A stretch of DNA of 64,000 nt from Planctomycetota bacterium (GCA_029259775.1 JAJDEN010000020.1:78846-142845), one strand, 5' to 3'; counted from the first letter of the stretch, positions 1-9,798 are shown. Numbers and translations: made by a program. Notes: generated from the sequence alone by a model not told the origin.

Positions 1-620
1 AGTTCGAAGCCCAGGAAGAGGCGACGCGCGTCATCATCGTGCTGTCGGCGCTTTCCCTGCTCGTCATGTTTCTCGTGCTCTTCGCGCACTTCCGCTCGGT
101 CAACCTGTCGCTGCAGGTGTTGCTGAACATCCCCGCCGCGTTCCTCGGCGCGGTCGCCATGATCGTGCTCACGGGCCAGACGATGTCGGTAGCGACCCTG
201 GTCGGCCTCGTGGCGCTCGGCGGCGTCGCATCGCGCAACGGCATCCTGCTCATCGACCACTACCTGCATCTCATGCGCGACGAGGGCCTGCCGTTCGGCG
301 ACGACATGATCGTGCAGGCGGGCCGCGAGCGCATCGTGCCCGTCCTGATGACGGCGCTCACCAGCGGCATCGCGCTGCTGCCTCTCGTGCTCGCTCCCGG
401 CCAACCCGGGCGCGAGCTTCTCTACCCCGTGGCCACCGCCATTGTCGGCGGTCTCATCTCGAGCACGCTCCTGGACGTCTTGTTGACGCCCGGGGTGTTC
501 AAGATCTTCGGCCGCGCCGCGGCTGAGGCCCACATGGAGCGCTACGATCAGGACCTGATCGAGAGCGCGCAAACCACCCTGACGTTCGACGATCCCAGAA
601 CCGAGGAGTCCCCCTCATGA
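1..620 (+). CDS. Heavy-metal efflux RND transporter (CzcA/CusA family), C-terminal fragment; 5' end lies outside the window
   Basis: Frame-3 translation gives TM10-12-like segments typical of HME-RND pumps (LLIDHY, VPVLMTALTSGIALLPL, GGLISSTLLDVLLTPGVF). The stop TGA at 618-620 overlaps the ATG of the next gene. Confidence 0.85.
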   Translation, partial: FEAQEEATRVIIVLSALSLLVMFLVLFAHFRSVNLSLQVLLNIPAAFLGAVAMIVLTGQTMSVATLVGLVALGGVASRNGILLIDHYLHLMRDEGLPFGDDMIVQAGRERIVPVLMTALTSGIALLPLVLAPGQPGRELLYPVATAIVGGLISSTLLDVLLTPGVFKIFGRAAAEAHMERYDQDLIESAQTTLTFDDPRTEESPS

Positions 621-1633
621 GCCGCTTCCTGAAGCTTCTTCCCCTCTTCCTCCTATGTTTCGCCCTCGCTGCCTGCGGCGACAAGGCGCCCTCCGGCGAC
701 GCCGACGAGCACGCCGAGGACCATGACGAGCACGATCACAGCGGCCAGCACGGCGGCACGGTCGTCGAGTCGAGCGATCACGGCGCGCATTTCGAGATCG
801 TCCACGACGAGGACGCCGGTCTCGTCAAGCTCTACCTCTACGACGGCGACATGAAGCCCGTCACGACCGACGTCGCGCCGGTGCTGAACGTGTCGCTCGA
901 CGCCGGTCCCGTCCAGATCAAGGGCCAGAGCCCCGGCGGCGCCAAGGTCGCCTCGGAGTGGCACTTCACCGACAAGGCCCTCATCGGGCACGTGCACGAG
1001 GCGCGCTTCCGCGTCTCGGTGATGAACCGGACCTACACGCCGGAGTTCCCCCATGAGGATCACGATGGCGACGAGCATGACGACGACGATGGCCATGAGC
1101 ATGACGCCGACCACAAGCACAAGGGCGGCGACGGCCACAAGCACGACGACGACCATGGCCACGAGCATGACGACGATGGCCACGAGAAGGACGGCCACGA
1201 GCACGACCACGCCCACGAAGGCCCGCACCACGGCATGGTCCACGAGCTGTTCATGGGCACGACGGAGGTCGGCCACATCGAGTTGAAGCTGCACGACGAC
1301 AAGGGCGATCTCGAGCTTTGGATCGCCAGCGACGAGGCCATGAAGAAGCCCATGGACCTCGGCATGGACGCCAAGGTCACGGTCACCTTCACCGCCCCCC
1401 GGAAGAAGAGCGTCACCCTGACCGTGCGCAACCAGGTCAAGAACGAGGACGAGGACGGCACCGGCAACGTGCGCAACGGCAAGACGAACTACTTCATCTT
1501 CCCGGGCAGCAGCGGCGAGGATGCGACCTGGCTCCAGGGCAAGGCCTTCAAGGGCACCGTCACGGTGTCATTCAAGACCGCCAAGGGCACCTACGCGACG
1601 AAGGCGTTCGAGCTCAAGCCGCACAGCCATTAG
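617..1633 (+). CDS. His/Asp-rich periplasmic lipoprotein, putative metal-binding protein, with an internally duplicated domain
   Basis: Lipoprotein signal (LLCFALAACG). Long HDxDHxHEHDDDGHEKDGHEHDHAHEGPHHG tracts. Two similar about 110-aa domains. ATGA overlap with the upstream RND gene. Confidence 0.7.
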   Translation: MSRFLKLLPLFLLCFALAACGDKAPSGDADEHAEDHDEHDHSGQHGGTVVESSDHGAHFEIVHDEDAGLVKLYLYDGDMKPVTTDVAPVLNVSLDAGPVQIKGQSPGGAKVASEWHFTDKALIGHVHEARFRVSVMNRTYTPEFPHEDHDGDEHDDDDGHEHDADHKHKGGDGHKHDDDHGHEHDDDGHEKDGHEHDHAHEGPHHGMVHELFMGTTEVGHIELKLHDDKGDLELWIASDEAMKKPMDLGMDAKVTVTFTAPRKKSVTLTVRNQVKNEDEDGTGNVRNGKTNYFIFPGSSGEDATWLQGKAFKGTVTVSFKTAKGTYATKAFELKPHSH

Positions 1634-1664
1634 CAGCGGGCGACCGTCAGGGTTTCGTGTAGCG

Positions 1665-1732
1665 GCCGGCGAAGAGGATGCTCTTCGTCGGCCGGTGCCG
1701 GATCACGAAGGCGAACGGCAGGTCTACCTGCC
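1665..1732. terminator. Two GC-rich hairpins between convergent genes (GCCGGCGAAGAG-GATG-CTCTTCGTCGGC and GGCAGG-TCTA-CCTGCC); putative bidirectional terminator
   Basis: Inverted repeats read directly from the sequence. No T-tract. Sits at the 3' ends of two convergent CDSs. Confidence 0.3.
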
Positions 1733-2257
1733 GGCAGCCTTCAGGCGGTCCTTCCAGCGCTCGAGCACGGCCATGTTGTGCCGGTCGACCTCGTTGGCCG
1801 CGCCGACGCCTCCCATGGTCCCCAGCTGCTTCTCCATGGCGTCGATCTGTTTGTCGAGCATGGCCTTCATCTGCGGGTTCGTCTCGGCGTCGCGACGCGT
1901 CTTCATCTTCTCGAGCGACTCCTTCATCTTGGGCGCGGCATCCGCGAAGCCGGTCCGGACGGTGCTCGTGCCGATGATCTGCGAGATCTGGACGTACTCC
2001 ATCGCGTTGAAGCGGTACTTGGCGTACAGGGCGGCCGACGGCTTGTCCGCACCCTTCAGTTCCTGGATGAGGTCGACGTAGCGCTGCATCATGTCGTCGG
2101 TCAGCTTGACCTTGCCGCCCGCGGTCATCATGTCCTTCCAGGCGTCGGAATGCGTCGGGCCGGGTACGCCTCCCGGAAGACCGCTGATGGACGACGAGTC
2201 ATCTCCACAGCCGGCGAGGACGACGCAAGCGACGAGGGCGAACAGCAACTGCTTCAC
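1724..2257 (-). CDS. Hypothetical lipoprotein
   Basis: GTG start preceded by GGAAGGAG. Signal plus lipobox (MKQLLFALVACVVLAGCG). The ORF track shows a longer reading frame. Confidence 0.55.
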   Translation of the reverse strand: MKQLLFALVACVVLAGCGDDSSSISGLPGGVPGPTHSDAWKDMMTAGGKVKLTDDMMQRYVDLIQELKGADKPSAALYAKYRFNAMEYVQISQIIGTSTVRTGFADAAPKMKESLEKMKTRRDAETNPQMKAMLDKQIDAMEKQLGTMGGVGAANEVDRHNMAVLERWKDRLKAAGR

Positions 2258-2279
2258 GGGGAACTCCTTCCAATCGGGG

Positions 2280-2873
2280 TCACATCTTGTAGCCCATGTC
2301 GCCGTGCTGCGCGAGTCGCTCTTCGTAGAAGCCCTCGGGGACATCGGGCAGGCCCGCGCCGTCCAGCCAGCGGTTGAAGAAGTTGAAGATCGCAGCGACC
2401 GTCAAGGCGTCGAAGAGCGCGTGGTCGCTCCAGCCTTCCTCCTTGGCGGCGTCGACGTGCGCTTGCGACGTCTTCGCGGGCTCGTCGTTGACGATCGCGA
2501 CGTAGCGCAGCAACGCCTTGTCCTTCTCCGGGAGATCCGAGTCCTCGAAGTCGTGGCACACGGCGTCGACCAGTGCCTTGTCTTCGAGGAGGTGGGCCGC
2601 GACCGCGGCGTGGGCTGAGGTTCAGAACACGCAGTGGTTGCGCGCCGAGACGAAGGCTGCGATCAGCTCACGCTGTCCCGCCGAGAGATCCGAGGGGCCG
2701 CGCATCACTTCGTCCATGAAGTTGCAGAGGTGCGGCGTTGCCTCGGGCCGTCCCGCGAAGAGGTAGTAGATGCCCGGCGGCTCGACGCCCTGCTTGCGGC
2801 TCGCCTCGATGACACGGCCGAAGCGGCCGGTCGCCTCGCCGCGCTTGGCGTCCAACAAGTCCTTCAGGAACAT
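2280..2873 (-). CDS. AhpD-like / carboxymuconolactone decarboxylase family peroxidase-related protein with an in-frame TGA at 2622-2624; candidate selenoprotein (CxxU) or nonsense pseudogene
   Basis: ORFs 2622..2975 and 2280..2561 are in the same frame, separated only by one TGA. Read-through gives ...ARNHCVF-U-TSAHAAVAAHLLEDKALVDAVCHDFEDSDLPEKDKALL, matching the AhpD CxxCxxxH motif with U at the second Cys. ATG at 2873 is preceded by GGGAGG. Confidence 0.6.
2596..2609 (-). other. SECIS-like hairpin candidate (GCCGC-GGUC-GCGGC) starting 12 nt after the in-frame UGA
   Basis: Inverted repeat read from the minus-strand mRNA. Apical loop contains GU, about 19-20 nt after the UGA. Short stem, not diagnostic on its own. 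Confidence 0.25.
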
Positions 2874-2976
2874 GATCCGGCCTCCCAGGGGTGATGGACG
2901 ACATCCTAGGGCGCAGGAAGCGGCCATGGGCAGGCTAGAGTGGGAACGGCCACGTGAGACCGGGAGGCGACCCACG

Positions 2977-3708
2977 ATGAAGCTCTACCTATGCCTGCTG
3001 GCCGTCGGCGCACTCACCTTGGGCGGCTGCTGCTGCGGCGCCGAGACCACGGCACGTCAAGCGGGACCCGCGGCCGATGCGCGCCAGGTGTTCATCTCCA
3101 TGACCTCCGTGCGCGTGCCCGAAGCCGGGGTCGCCGCGGAGATCGGCAAAGACGCCTCCGGCAAGGCCCGCAGGCTCACGCAGGACGAGGCCGAAGCCAT
3201 GATCGCGCGCTGGCACGCGAGCGACACGGCGCTCGTCGTCTCGGCACCCAAGATCCTCGCCCTCCACGGGCAGGCCGCGACGATCTTCGTCGGCGAGTCC
3301 ATCCGCTTTGCGCGAAGCGAGGCGGTCACGAACGAGAAGGGCGGCTTGGACTTCCGCATCGAGAACGACGACCGGGCCGTCAATCTCGGCGAGCAGATGC
3401 GCGTCACCCCGGTGGTCAGCCAGGACGCGAAGACGCTCACGCTGGACCTCGACGCGACGTGGCGCGAGCAGAAGAACACGTACGACATCGAACAGGTCTC
3501 GCGCATGGGTGCGACGGCCTTCGAGCGCGATGGCGTCAACACGTGGGCCATCAGGCGTGCCTTCCGCATGCCGGTCGGCGCCTACGTTCTCCTGGGCAAC
3601 GCTGAGATGGTCGACGGCAACAACGGCCCCAGCCGGCAGTTCGTGATCCTGCACGCGCGCGTCGTCACGCCTGATGAGGCGATCGGCACCAAAGTCGGCG
3701 ACAGCTAG
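2977..3708 (+). CDS. Hypothetical lipoprotein
   Basis: ATG at 2977 preceded by GGGAGG. Signal plus lipobox (MKLYLCLLAVGALTLGGCCC). Coherent protein-like composition. Confidence 0.5.
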   Translation: MKLYLCLLAVGALTLGGCCCGAETTARQAGPAADARQVFISMTSVRVPEAGVAAEIGKDASGKARRLTQDEAEAMIARWHASDTALVVSAPKILALHGQAATIFVGESIRFARSEAVTNEKGGLDFRIENDDRAVNLGEQMRVTPVVSQDAKTLTLDLDATWREQKNTYDIEQVSRMGATAFERDGVNTWAIRRAFRMPVGAYVLLGNAEMVDGNNGPSRQFVILHARVVTPDEAIGTKVGDS

Positions 3709-3874
3709 CGCCGCCTACTTGGCACTCACGGGATCGATCCACGGCGCCTTGCGTGGGTTCTTGTGGGAGCGGAACCAGCGGTCCAGGCGCAGCAGGCTGT
3801 CCAACGGCTTGCCTTGCGCGTCCACGGGGATGCCGACTTGCGCTTCGACCTTGCTGGCCGCATCCTCGCCGCAC

Positions 3875-6800
3875 ATGCGCATCCTCCCCGTCATCACGCT
3901 GCTCGTAGCCCTCCTCCTCGCACCCGCCTGGGCCAAGGACGAGGCGCCGGGGACCAACCTGCTCGCGAACGGATCCTTCGAGCAGGTCGTGCCTGGCACG
4001 CCACCCAAGGACGCGGGCCACGGCGCGTGGGTGCTCGGCGGCGACACGTTGATCCCCGGCGGCTGGAACCTGAACGTCAGCTACCCCGGCACGCTCACCG
4101 TCGGGCAGGACAAGCCGGCCGAGGGCTCCAACGCCATCCGCCTGGAGGCGGGCGCCAAGCGCGACGCACAGATGTTTCACCCGTGCCCGGCCATGCGACC
4201 CGGCACGTGGTACCGGGTGAGCATGCGCGTGCGCGGCGGCACGGCAACGCTGCTCACCTACGAGTACACCAAGGGCGGCAACCCGCATGCCTCCACGCTC
4301 GCCAGCGGGACCGCGTCGCCGGAGGCGTGGCGAACCGTGACCGGCTTCTACACACCGCAGAGCGCGGCCTTCCTGAGCGCGTCCGTGACGCTGCTCGTCC
4401 CGCGCGGCGGCGCCGCCTGGATCGATGACGTGCAGGTCCACGAGATGGGAGGGCCTGCCGCAGGTCCCAAGGCGCGCCCCATCCAACTGTCGACCAAGGC
4501 CTGCCAGCTGCTGATCTCCGGCGCCGGCCAGCTGCAGTCGCTGACGCTCACGGGCACGAAAGACAACCGCGTCGAGGCGCGGCACGGCGCCCCCGTGCTG
4601 GTGGCGACGGTAGGCGGTGTCCGCATGCCCGTCAGCACGCTCACGAAGAAGGGCAGCACCTACGTCGCCCGCTTCCCCGATCCGACCATCCGCGTGAAGC
4701 TGCGTATCAAGCCGATGGGGCGCTACCTGCGCTTCGAGGTCCTGGAGGCCAAGCCGAAGAGCCTGGAGTCGCTGGCCCTCCGGTTTCCCGTGCGCGGCTA
4801 CCGGACTCGAGACAGTTGGATGCCGGGCACCTACGGGGACGACGGCGGCATCACACTCATGGGCGTCAGCCCGAACACGCAGACACGCCTGGCGCGGCAT
4901 GGAAGCGCGGTCGTGCCGGAGGCCCGCTGGTACCGGGAGCAGGGGATCCGCGGCGGGGTCGCGGCGTTGATCGCGACGCCCGACAAGGACTTCCTCCCGA
5001 CGATCCGTCAGATGGAACTCGACACGGGCCTGCCTTCTCCCGTGCTGCGCTCCGACCACGCGAGCACGACAGGCACAGCGGACTGGGCGCGCGTCTCCCC
5101 CGCCATCAAGCAGAGCTATCTCTTTGCGACCCACCTGGGCTTTGGCGACATCGACAAGCTGATCCAGTACGCGAAGGTCGCGGGCCTCGGCCTGATCATG
5201 CTGCATCGCAAGTCCTGGCGTGCCTCCGGCGGTCACGAGACGATCGCGCGAACAGCCTTCCCGGACGGTCTCCCGACCCTGCAGGCGGTATGCAAGCGCA
5301 TTCACGCCGCCGGCCTCGGCGTTGGCTTGCACCTCTACGGACCGGCCGTCGCGACCCACGATGCCTACGTCACGCCGGTGCCGGACAAGCGGCTCTTCGC
5401 CTACGAGGTCACGAAGCTGGCCGCACCCGCCGGGGCCGACGCCACCGAGCTCCGCGTCGCGTCGCTGCCGCCGCTCCCGCGCCAAGGCGCGGCCGACCTC
5501 CATCCAGGCAACCTGCTGCGCCTCGGCGATGAGATCATCCGTTGGACGAAGATCGTGCCGGGAACCCCCGTGCGGATCACGGGCTGCGAGCGCGGCGCGC
5601 TCGGCACGAAGGCCGTCGCGCATCGCAAGAACGCCTCGGTCCGAGCGCTGGTCCTGCGCAACGGCGGGCTGCTCGTCGATCCCGACAGCACGTTGCCCGA
5701 CGAGATGGGCACGCACCTGGCCCGCGTCGTCAACGCCTGCCAAGCGGACCTCGTCTACTTCGACGCCTGCGCCGCGGCGGCGCCCGGCCACAAGCCGGAG
5801 AACTGGTACTACCTCAACAAGGTGCTGCTCGCGAGCTGCGCGAAGTTCGATCATGGCGTGCTCGTGCAGACCGGCATGGGCCCGGGCCGCCAGCTCGCAT
5901 GGCACCTCGTGCCCCGCAGCGCGAGCGCGGACGGTCACGGCGACCTGAAGCACTACCTGGACCAGCGCACGGCGGGCATCCTCCAGATGCGCCGTACGCA
6001 CACGGCGGCCGACATCGGGTGGTACGCCCTGGACATCCACGGGCGGCCGGACGAGCTCGAGTACGTCTGCGCGAAGGCCCTCGCGCTCGACGGCTCCATC
6101 TCGGTGCAGGGCTACAAGGGCCTCCTCGAGTCCCATCCGCGCGCGCGCGAAGTCTTCGAGATGATCGGGAGCTGGGAGCGCCGCAGGAGGGCCGGCGACG
6201 TGCCCGAGAAGATGAAGGCGCTGATCCGCGCCAAGGGCCGTGACGTGCACCTCGTGGAGACCGACGACGCGTGGAGCCTATGGGAGGCCAGCTACGAAGA
6301 CGCGCGCCCGATCCGCCTGATGGACGGCAAGGCCAACCTCTGGAAGGTGACGAACGACCGCAAGCAGGAGGTCACGCTCAGCGTCGAGATCGAGCGCATC
6401 GTCGTCGCCGCGACGCCGGCCGACCACCGCGGGGCGGGCTCCGTGAGCATCGATCCGTTCGCCGAAGCCGGTGGATTCAAGCTGCGCGACGACGAGGCCC
6501 TCAGCCCGTACATCCTCCTCGGAGGCCGCGCCGATCAGGCCGACGGCTTCGCCCGCCGTGGGGTGAAGACCGCGCTGAAGGAGGTGCAGGACGCAGCCGT
6601 GGGCGGCAAGGCGCTCTCCTTCACAGTCGCCAGCTCCATCGGCGGCGCCGGCTGGGGTGGCGCGGGGAAGACCTTCGCCACGCCTCTCGATCTCTCGGCA
6701 GCGAAGTCGATTGGGCTGTGGGTGCACGGCGACGGGCATGGCGCGTCGTGCACGGTCACGCTCGCGGACACGAAGGGCTCACGCGCGCGCTTCACGACGA

Positions 6801-7243
6801 CGCTCGACTACACAGGCTGGCGCTTCCAGAGCTTCGCGCGCAAGGGCCCGAAGGCGCTCGCATGGAACAGCATCGCGCACCTGATCCTCGAGATCGGCCA
6901 CGTCCCGCCGAAGGCCTCGATCACCGCGCGCGTCGCCGCACTGCGCGCGATGCCGACGCTGCACAAGCCGAAGCCGATGCCGGGCGTGACGATCGTCGTG
7001 GGTCGCCGCGAGGTGGACCTGGGCGCGCCCCTGGCTCCCGGGCAGTGCCTCACGATCGACGCGATCGGCCGAGGCGTGTTCTGGCCGGGCGGCATGCAGC
7101 CCGGCTCCGAGCACATGATCGCCGGCGGTCCCCTGCGGGTGGCGCCTGGTGCGAACACGGTGGGCCTCAAGCTCAAGGATCCGAGCGGCTACGCCGGGGA
7201 TCTACGCCTCCGTGTGTGCCGGACGTGGCCGCTGATGCCCTAG
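3875..7243 (+). CDS. Large secreted multidomain protein with an N-terminal CBM4/9-like carbohydrate-binding module; putative glycoside-hydrolase-like
   Basis: Signal peptide MRILPVITLLVALLLAPAWA. NLLANGSFEQ...GWNLN motif typical of CBM_4_9. 1122 aa. The antisense 861-aa ORF is Arg/Ala-rich junk. Confidence 0.65.
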   Translation: MRILPVITLLVALLLAPAWAKDEAPGTNLLANGSFEQVVPGTPPKDAGHGAWVLGGDTLIPGGWNLNVSYPGTLTVGQDKPAEGSNAIRLEAGAKRDAQMFHPCPAMRPGTWYRVSMRVRGGTATLLTYEYTKGGNPHASTLASGTASPEAWRTVTGFYTPQSAAFLSASVTLLVPRGGAAWIDDVQVHEMGGPAAGPKARPIQLSTKACQLLISGAGQLQSLTLTGTKDNRVEARHGAPVLVATVGGVRMPVSTLTKKGSTYVARFPDPTIRVKLRIKPMGRYLRFEVLEAKPKSLESLALRFPVRGYRTRDSWMPGTYGDDGGITLMGVSPNTQTRLARHGSAVVPEARWYREQGIRGGVAALIATPDKDFLPTIRQMELDTGLPSPVLRSDHASTTGTADWARVSPAIKQSYLFATHLGFGDIDKLIQYAKVAGLGLIMLHRKSWRASGGHETIARTAFPDGLPTLQAVCKRIHAAGLGVGLHLYGPAVATHDAYVTPVPDKRLFAYEVTKLAAPAGADATELRVASLPPLPRQGAADLHPGNLLRLGDEIIRWTKIVPGTPVRITGCERGALGTKAVAHRKNASVRALVLRNGGLLVDPDSTLPDEMGTHLARVVNACQADLVYFDACAAAAPGHKPENWYYLNKVLLASCAKFDHGVLVQTGMGPGRQLAWHLVPRSASADGHGDLKHYLDQRTAGILQMRRTHTAADIGWYALDIHGRPDELEYVCAKALALDGSISVQGYKGLLESHPRAREVFEMIGSWERRRRAGDVPEKMKALIRAKGRDVHLVETDDAWSLWEASYEDARPIRLMDGKANLWKVTNDRKQEVTLSVEIERIVVAATPADHRGAGSVSIDPFAEAGGFKLRDDEALSPYILLGGRADQADGFARRGVKTALKEVQDAAVGGKALSFTVASSIGGAGWGGAGKTFATPLDLSAAKSIGLWVHGDGHGASCTVTLADTKGSRARFTTTLDYTGWRFQSFARKGPKALAWNSIAHLILEIGHVPPKASITARVAALRAMPTLHKPKPMPGVTIVVGRREVDLGAPLAPGQCLTIDAIGRGVFWPGGMQPGSEHMIAGGPLRVAPGANTVGLKLKDPSGYAGDLRLRVCRTWPLMP

Positions 7244-7293
7244 ATGTGGCCGAGGGCTTCGGACGACGTGGGCGCGGGTACGATCACGGCGCG

Positions 7294-8916
7294 ATGCCGA
7301 TGCGATCACTGCTCTTGGCCCTCCTGACCCTGACCGCCTGCGGCGGAGCCGGCGCACCGCCGCAAGTTCCCCAGCCGGAGCCGTACGCTCTCGTCGCGCC
7401 GCCACCCAAGGACCCCGACCTCTTCGCATGCGAGCCCTTCAACTACGACGACACGCCCTACCCGAACGGCCTCAGCGGCCAGGAAGGCGGCTTCGGCTTC
7501 GCCCATCCCTGGAACGACGCCGACGGTGATGTCCAGGACCGCGTCATCGGCGGCAGCGCGCTGGGTGTGGCGAGCGACATGGCGCCGGCGTCCACCGGGG
7601 GCCGCTCGATCCACTGGGGCACAACGGGCACGGCCATCTTTCGCGATCTCGACCGGACCCACGGCGCCGACGGCACTACGGTCTGGGTCAGCTTCCGCTG
7701 GATCTGTACCGACGCGACGCCGACCGAGAGGCTTCAAGTAGTTGACTTCAACGACGCAGGTGGAGGCTTTGGCTGCCTCGTCGGGCAGCTCCGTGGCCTG
7801 GCCGACGACGATGCCGACGATGGGATGTACGAACTCGGGGATCACTCGAGCAGGGCGAGCGCGGACATCGCCGCGCGCGATCAGGCCGTGCACTTCGTGC
7901 TGCTGCGATTCAGTTACGGCGCGGCGGACGCCGATACGGTGTCGTGTTGGTGGGATCCGGTCTCGGCGTCGTTCGACGCAGGCCTGCCCGACGCAAGCAT
8001 CATGGCGTCGGATGCCTCCTTCAGCCGGGTCACCCTGCGTAGCGGCGCGGCCGACAGCCTCGACGAGCTCTACATCGGGGCGACGCTCGCCTCCGTCACG
8101 CAGCCGGCCGATCGCATGGCGGTCTACCGCGTCGGCAACAGCCTCACGTGGGACTCGCAGCCCGAGGGCATCGAAGCGCTCGCAGGGCAAGCCGGCTTCC
8201 TGCAAGACCAGGGCTTCCACATCAACTGCGGCAACACGCTCGAGAACATCTTCGCCGTGCCTGCGCAGGTCTGCATCCCCCCGGTGGTGGAGTACGGCAC
8301 GTGGGACGCCGCGCTGCCCGGTCGCACGTGGGACACCGTCACCTTCCAGCCGCACCCCGGAGGCACGTCAACCCTCAGCTCGGATGAGACCGCCATCCTG
8401 GGCATGATCGACCAGCTGCGCATGAACCCGCTGAACTCGGGAACGCGCGTTTACGTGTACGCGGCATGGCCTCCGCGCACAGACTTCTCCGCGACATGGA
8501 CGAGCGCTGTGATCGATGACGACGCGACGCCCACGGTTGCGGCGCAGGCCTACTTCGCGCACCTGATCAATCGCCTGCGGGCTGCGACGGACGCCAAGGT
8601 CTACCTCATCCCCGTCGGCGAGGTCCTGCACGACCTCGACCAGCGGCTGCTGGCCGGCGCCGTCCCGGGACTCACCAGCATCGCGCAGCTCTACCGCGAC
8701 GACGTGCACCTCACGCACGACCTCGGGCGATTCGTCGCCGGGCTCACGACCTACGCCACGCTCTACGCGTCGGATCCCGTGGGCCTCGTGAAACCGGAGC
8801 AGTGGTACGGCGCGTCGGCCGCGCCGTTCACACCGGCGTTCTACGCGGCCGTGCGCGCCGCAATCTGGACGGTCGTCGCGGGCCATGAGCACACGGGCGT
8901 GGCGGCGCCGATCTAG
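7294..8916 (+). CDS. Lipoprotein with a C-terminal SGNH/GDSL-hydrolase-like domain
   Basis: Signal plus lipobox (LLLALLTLTACGG). C-terminal half has a GNSLT block (GDSL-like) and a DDVHLT block (DxxH-like). Confidence 0.55.
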   Translation: MPMRSLLLALLTLTACGGAGAPPQVPQPEPYALVAPPPKDPDLFACEPFNYDDTPYPNGLSGQEGGFGFAHPWNDADGDVQDRVIGGSALGVASDMAPASTGGRSIHWGTTGTAIFRDLDRTHGADGTTVWVSFRWICTDATPTERLQVVDFNDAGGGFGCLVGQLRGLADDDADDGMYELGDHSSRASADIAARDQAVHFVLLRFSYGAADADTVSCWWDPVSASFDAGLPDASIMASDASFSRVTLRSGAADSLDELYIGATLASVTQPADRMAVYRVGNSLTWDSQPEGIEALAGQAGFLQDQGFHINCGNTLENIFAVPAQVCIPPVVEYGTWDAALPGRTWDTVTFQPHPGGTSTLSSDETAILGMIDQLRMNPLNSGTRVYVYAAWPPRTDFSATWTSAVIDDDATPTVAAQAYFAHLINRLRAATDAKVYLIPVGEVLHDLDQRLLAGAVPGLTSIAQLYRDDVHLTHDLGRFVAGLTTYATLYASDPVGLVKPEQWYGASAAPFTPAFYAAVRAAIWTVVAGHEHTGVAAPI

Positions 8917-8918
8917 GC

Positions 8919-9242
8919 ATGTCCACGCCCCGACGCCTCAGCGACGAGGCCTTCAAGGCCACCTTCTCCTTCCGCATGACCGACGTGACGGCGGAGCCTG
9001 GCGACGTGATCGACATCGGGCCCTACGTCGCGTCGGTGCCGCCGGAGGACCTCGCCGGGCATGAGGTCCAAGACGGACTCGTTGCGCACGTCTACCGCGG
9101 CTCGCAGGGTCGCTACGACCACGTCCTCGTGATGACGCGCACGAGGGACGTGTTCCTGGCGATCGTCGTGGACCGTACCGATCGCCGCATCGAGGGCCAC
9201 CACCTCCTGGATCTGCCCGCGCTCTACGGCCTGCGCGAGTAG
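8919..9242 (+). CDS. Hypothetical protein
   Basis: 107-aa ORF with protein-like composition. Start is adjacent to the previous stop. The competing antisense ORF 8913..9560 is Arg/Pro-rich. Confidence 0.45.
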   Translation: MSTPRRLSDEAFKATFSFRMTDVTAEPGDVIDIGPYVASVPPEDLAGHEVQDGLVAHVYRGSQGRYDHVLVMTRTRDVFLAIVVDRTDRRIEGHHLLDLPALYGLRE

Positions 9243-9337
9243 CGCAGGTGCGCCGAGGCCGCTAGCGAGCCCGGTCCCGGACGATTGCGCTTCGTGCCCG
9301 GTCTCCGTACCGCGTGCCGGCGTAGGGCGACGGTGCG

Positions 9338-9685
9338 CTACCCCTGCAACGGGCGCACTTCGACCGGGCCTTCGCACGCGGCGGCCCCGCGCTTCGCCCA
9401 CTCGCGGGCGGCGTCGAGATCCGCCACCTCGATGATCCAGAAGCCCCCCATCTGTTCCGGGCACGGGGCGTAGGGGCCGTCCGCGATGGTCGCTTCGCCG
9501 TCGGTCGAACGCGCGACAGCTGCGGTTGACGCGGGCTGCAGCCCTCCTGCGAACAGCCACGCGCCTGCGGCCTGCAGGTCCGCGTTGAAGGCGCCGACCT
9601 GGGCGATCATGCGCTGCGCGTCGGGTGTGGAGAAGTCGACGTCATAGGCACCGTCGTGCCACACGGAGAGCAGGAACTGGGGCAT
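9338..9685 (-). CDS. YciI-like (DGPF) domain protein
   Basis: Translation MPQFLLSVWHDGAYDVDF...GPYAPCPEQMGGFWIIE matches the YciI family. ATG at 9683-9685. Confidence 0.7.
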   Translation of the reverse strand: MPQFLLSVWHDGAYDVDFSTPDAQRMIAQVGAFNADLQAAGAWLFAGGLQPASTAAVARSTDGEATIADGPYAPCPEQMGGFWIIEVADLDAAREWAKRGAAACEGPVEVRPLQG

Positions 9686-9798
9686 CGCCTCAGTCTCGCG
9701 AGGAGGCGGCGCGCTGGCAACCCCGGAAACGTGCGTACCGAGGCCGGACCCTCGCCTTGTGCCTGGTTCCTTCCTAGGCTCCGGAGGGAGGCATCGAC

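Noticed and set aside
2561-2622. Frameshift pseudogene interpretation of the AhpD-like gene
   Set aside because: Both ORF pieces are in the same frame, so the disruption is a single in-frame TGA and not a frameshift. The same holds for 10704-10722 in the amidotransferase.
3665-6250. 861-aa minus-strand ORF
   Set aside because: Antisense to the secreted CBM protein. Junk-like translation.
8913-9560. 215-aa minus-strand ORF
   Set aside because: Arg/Pro-rich. Overlaps the better + strand ORF 8919..9242 and the YciI-like gene region.
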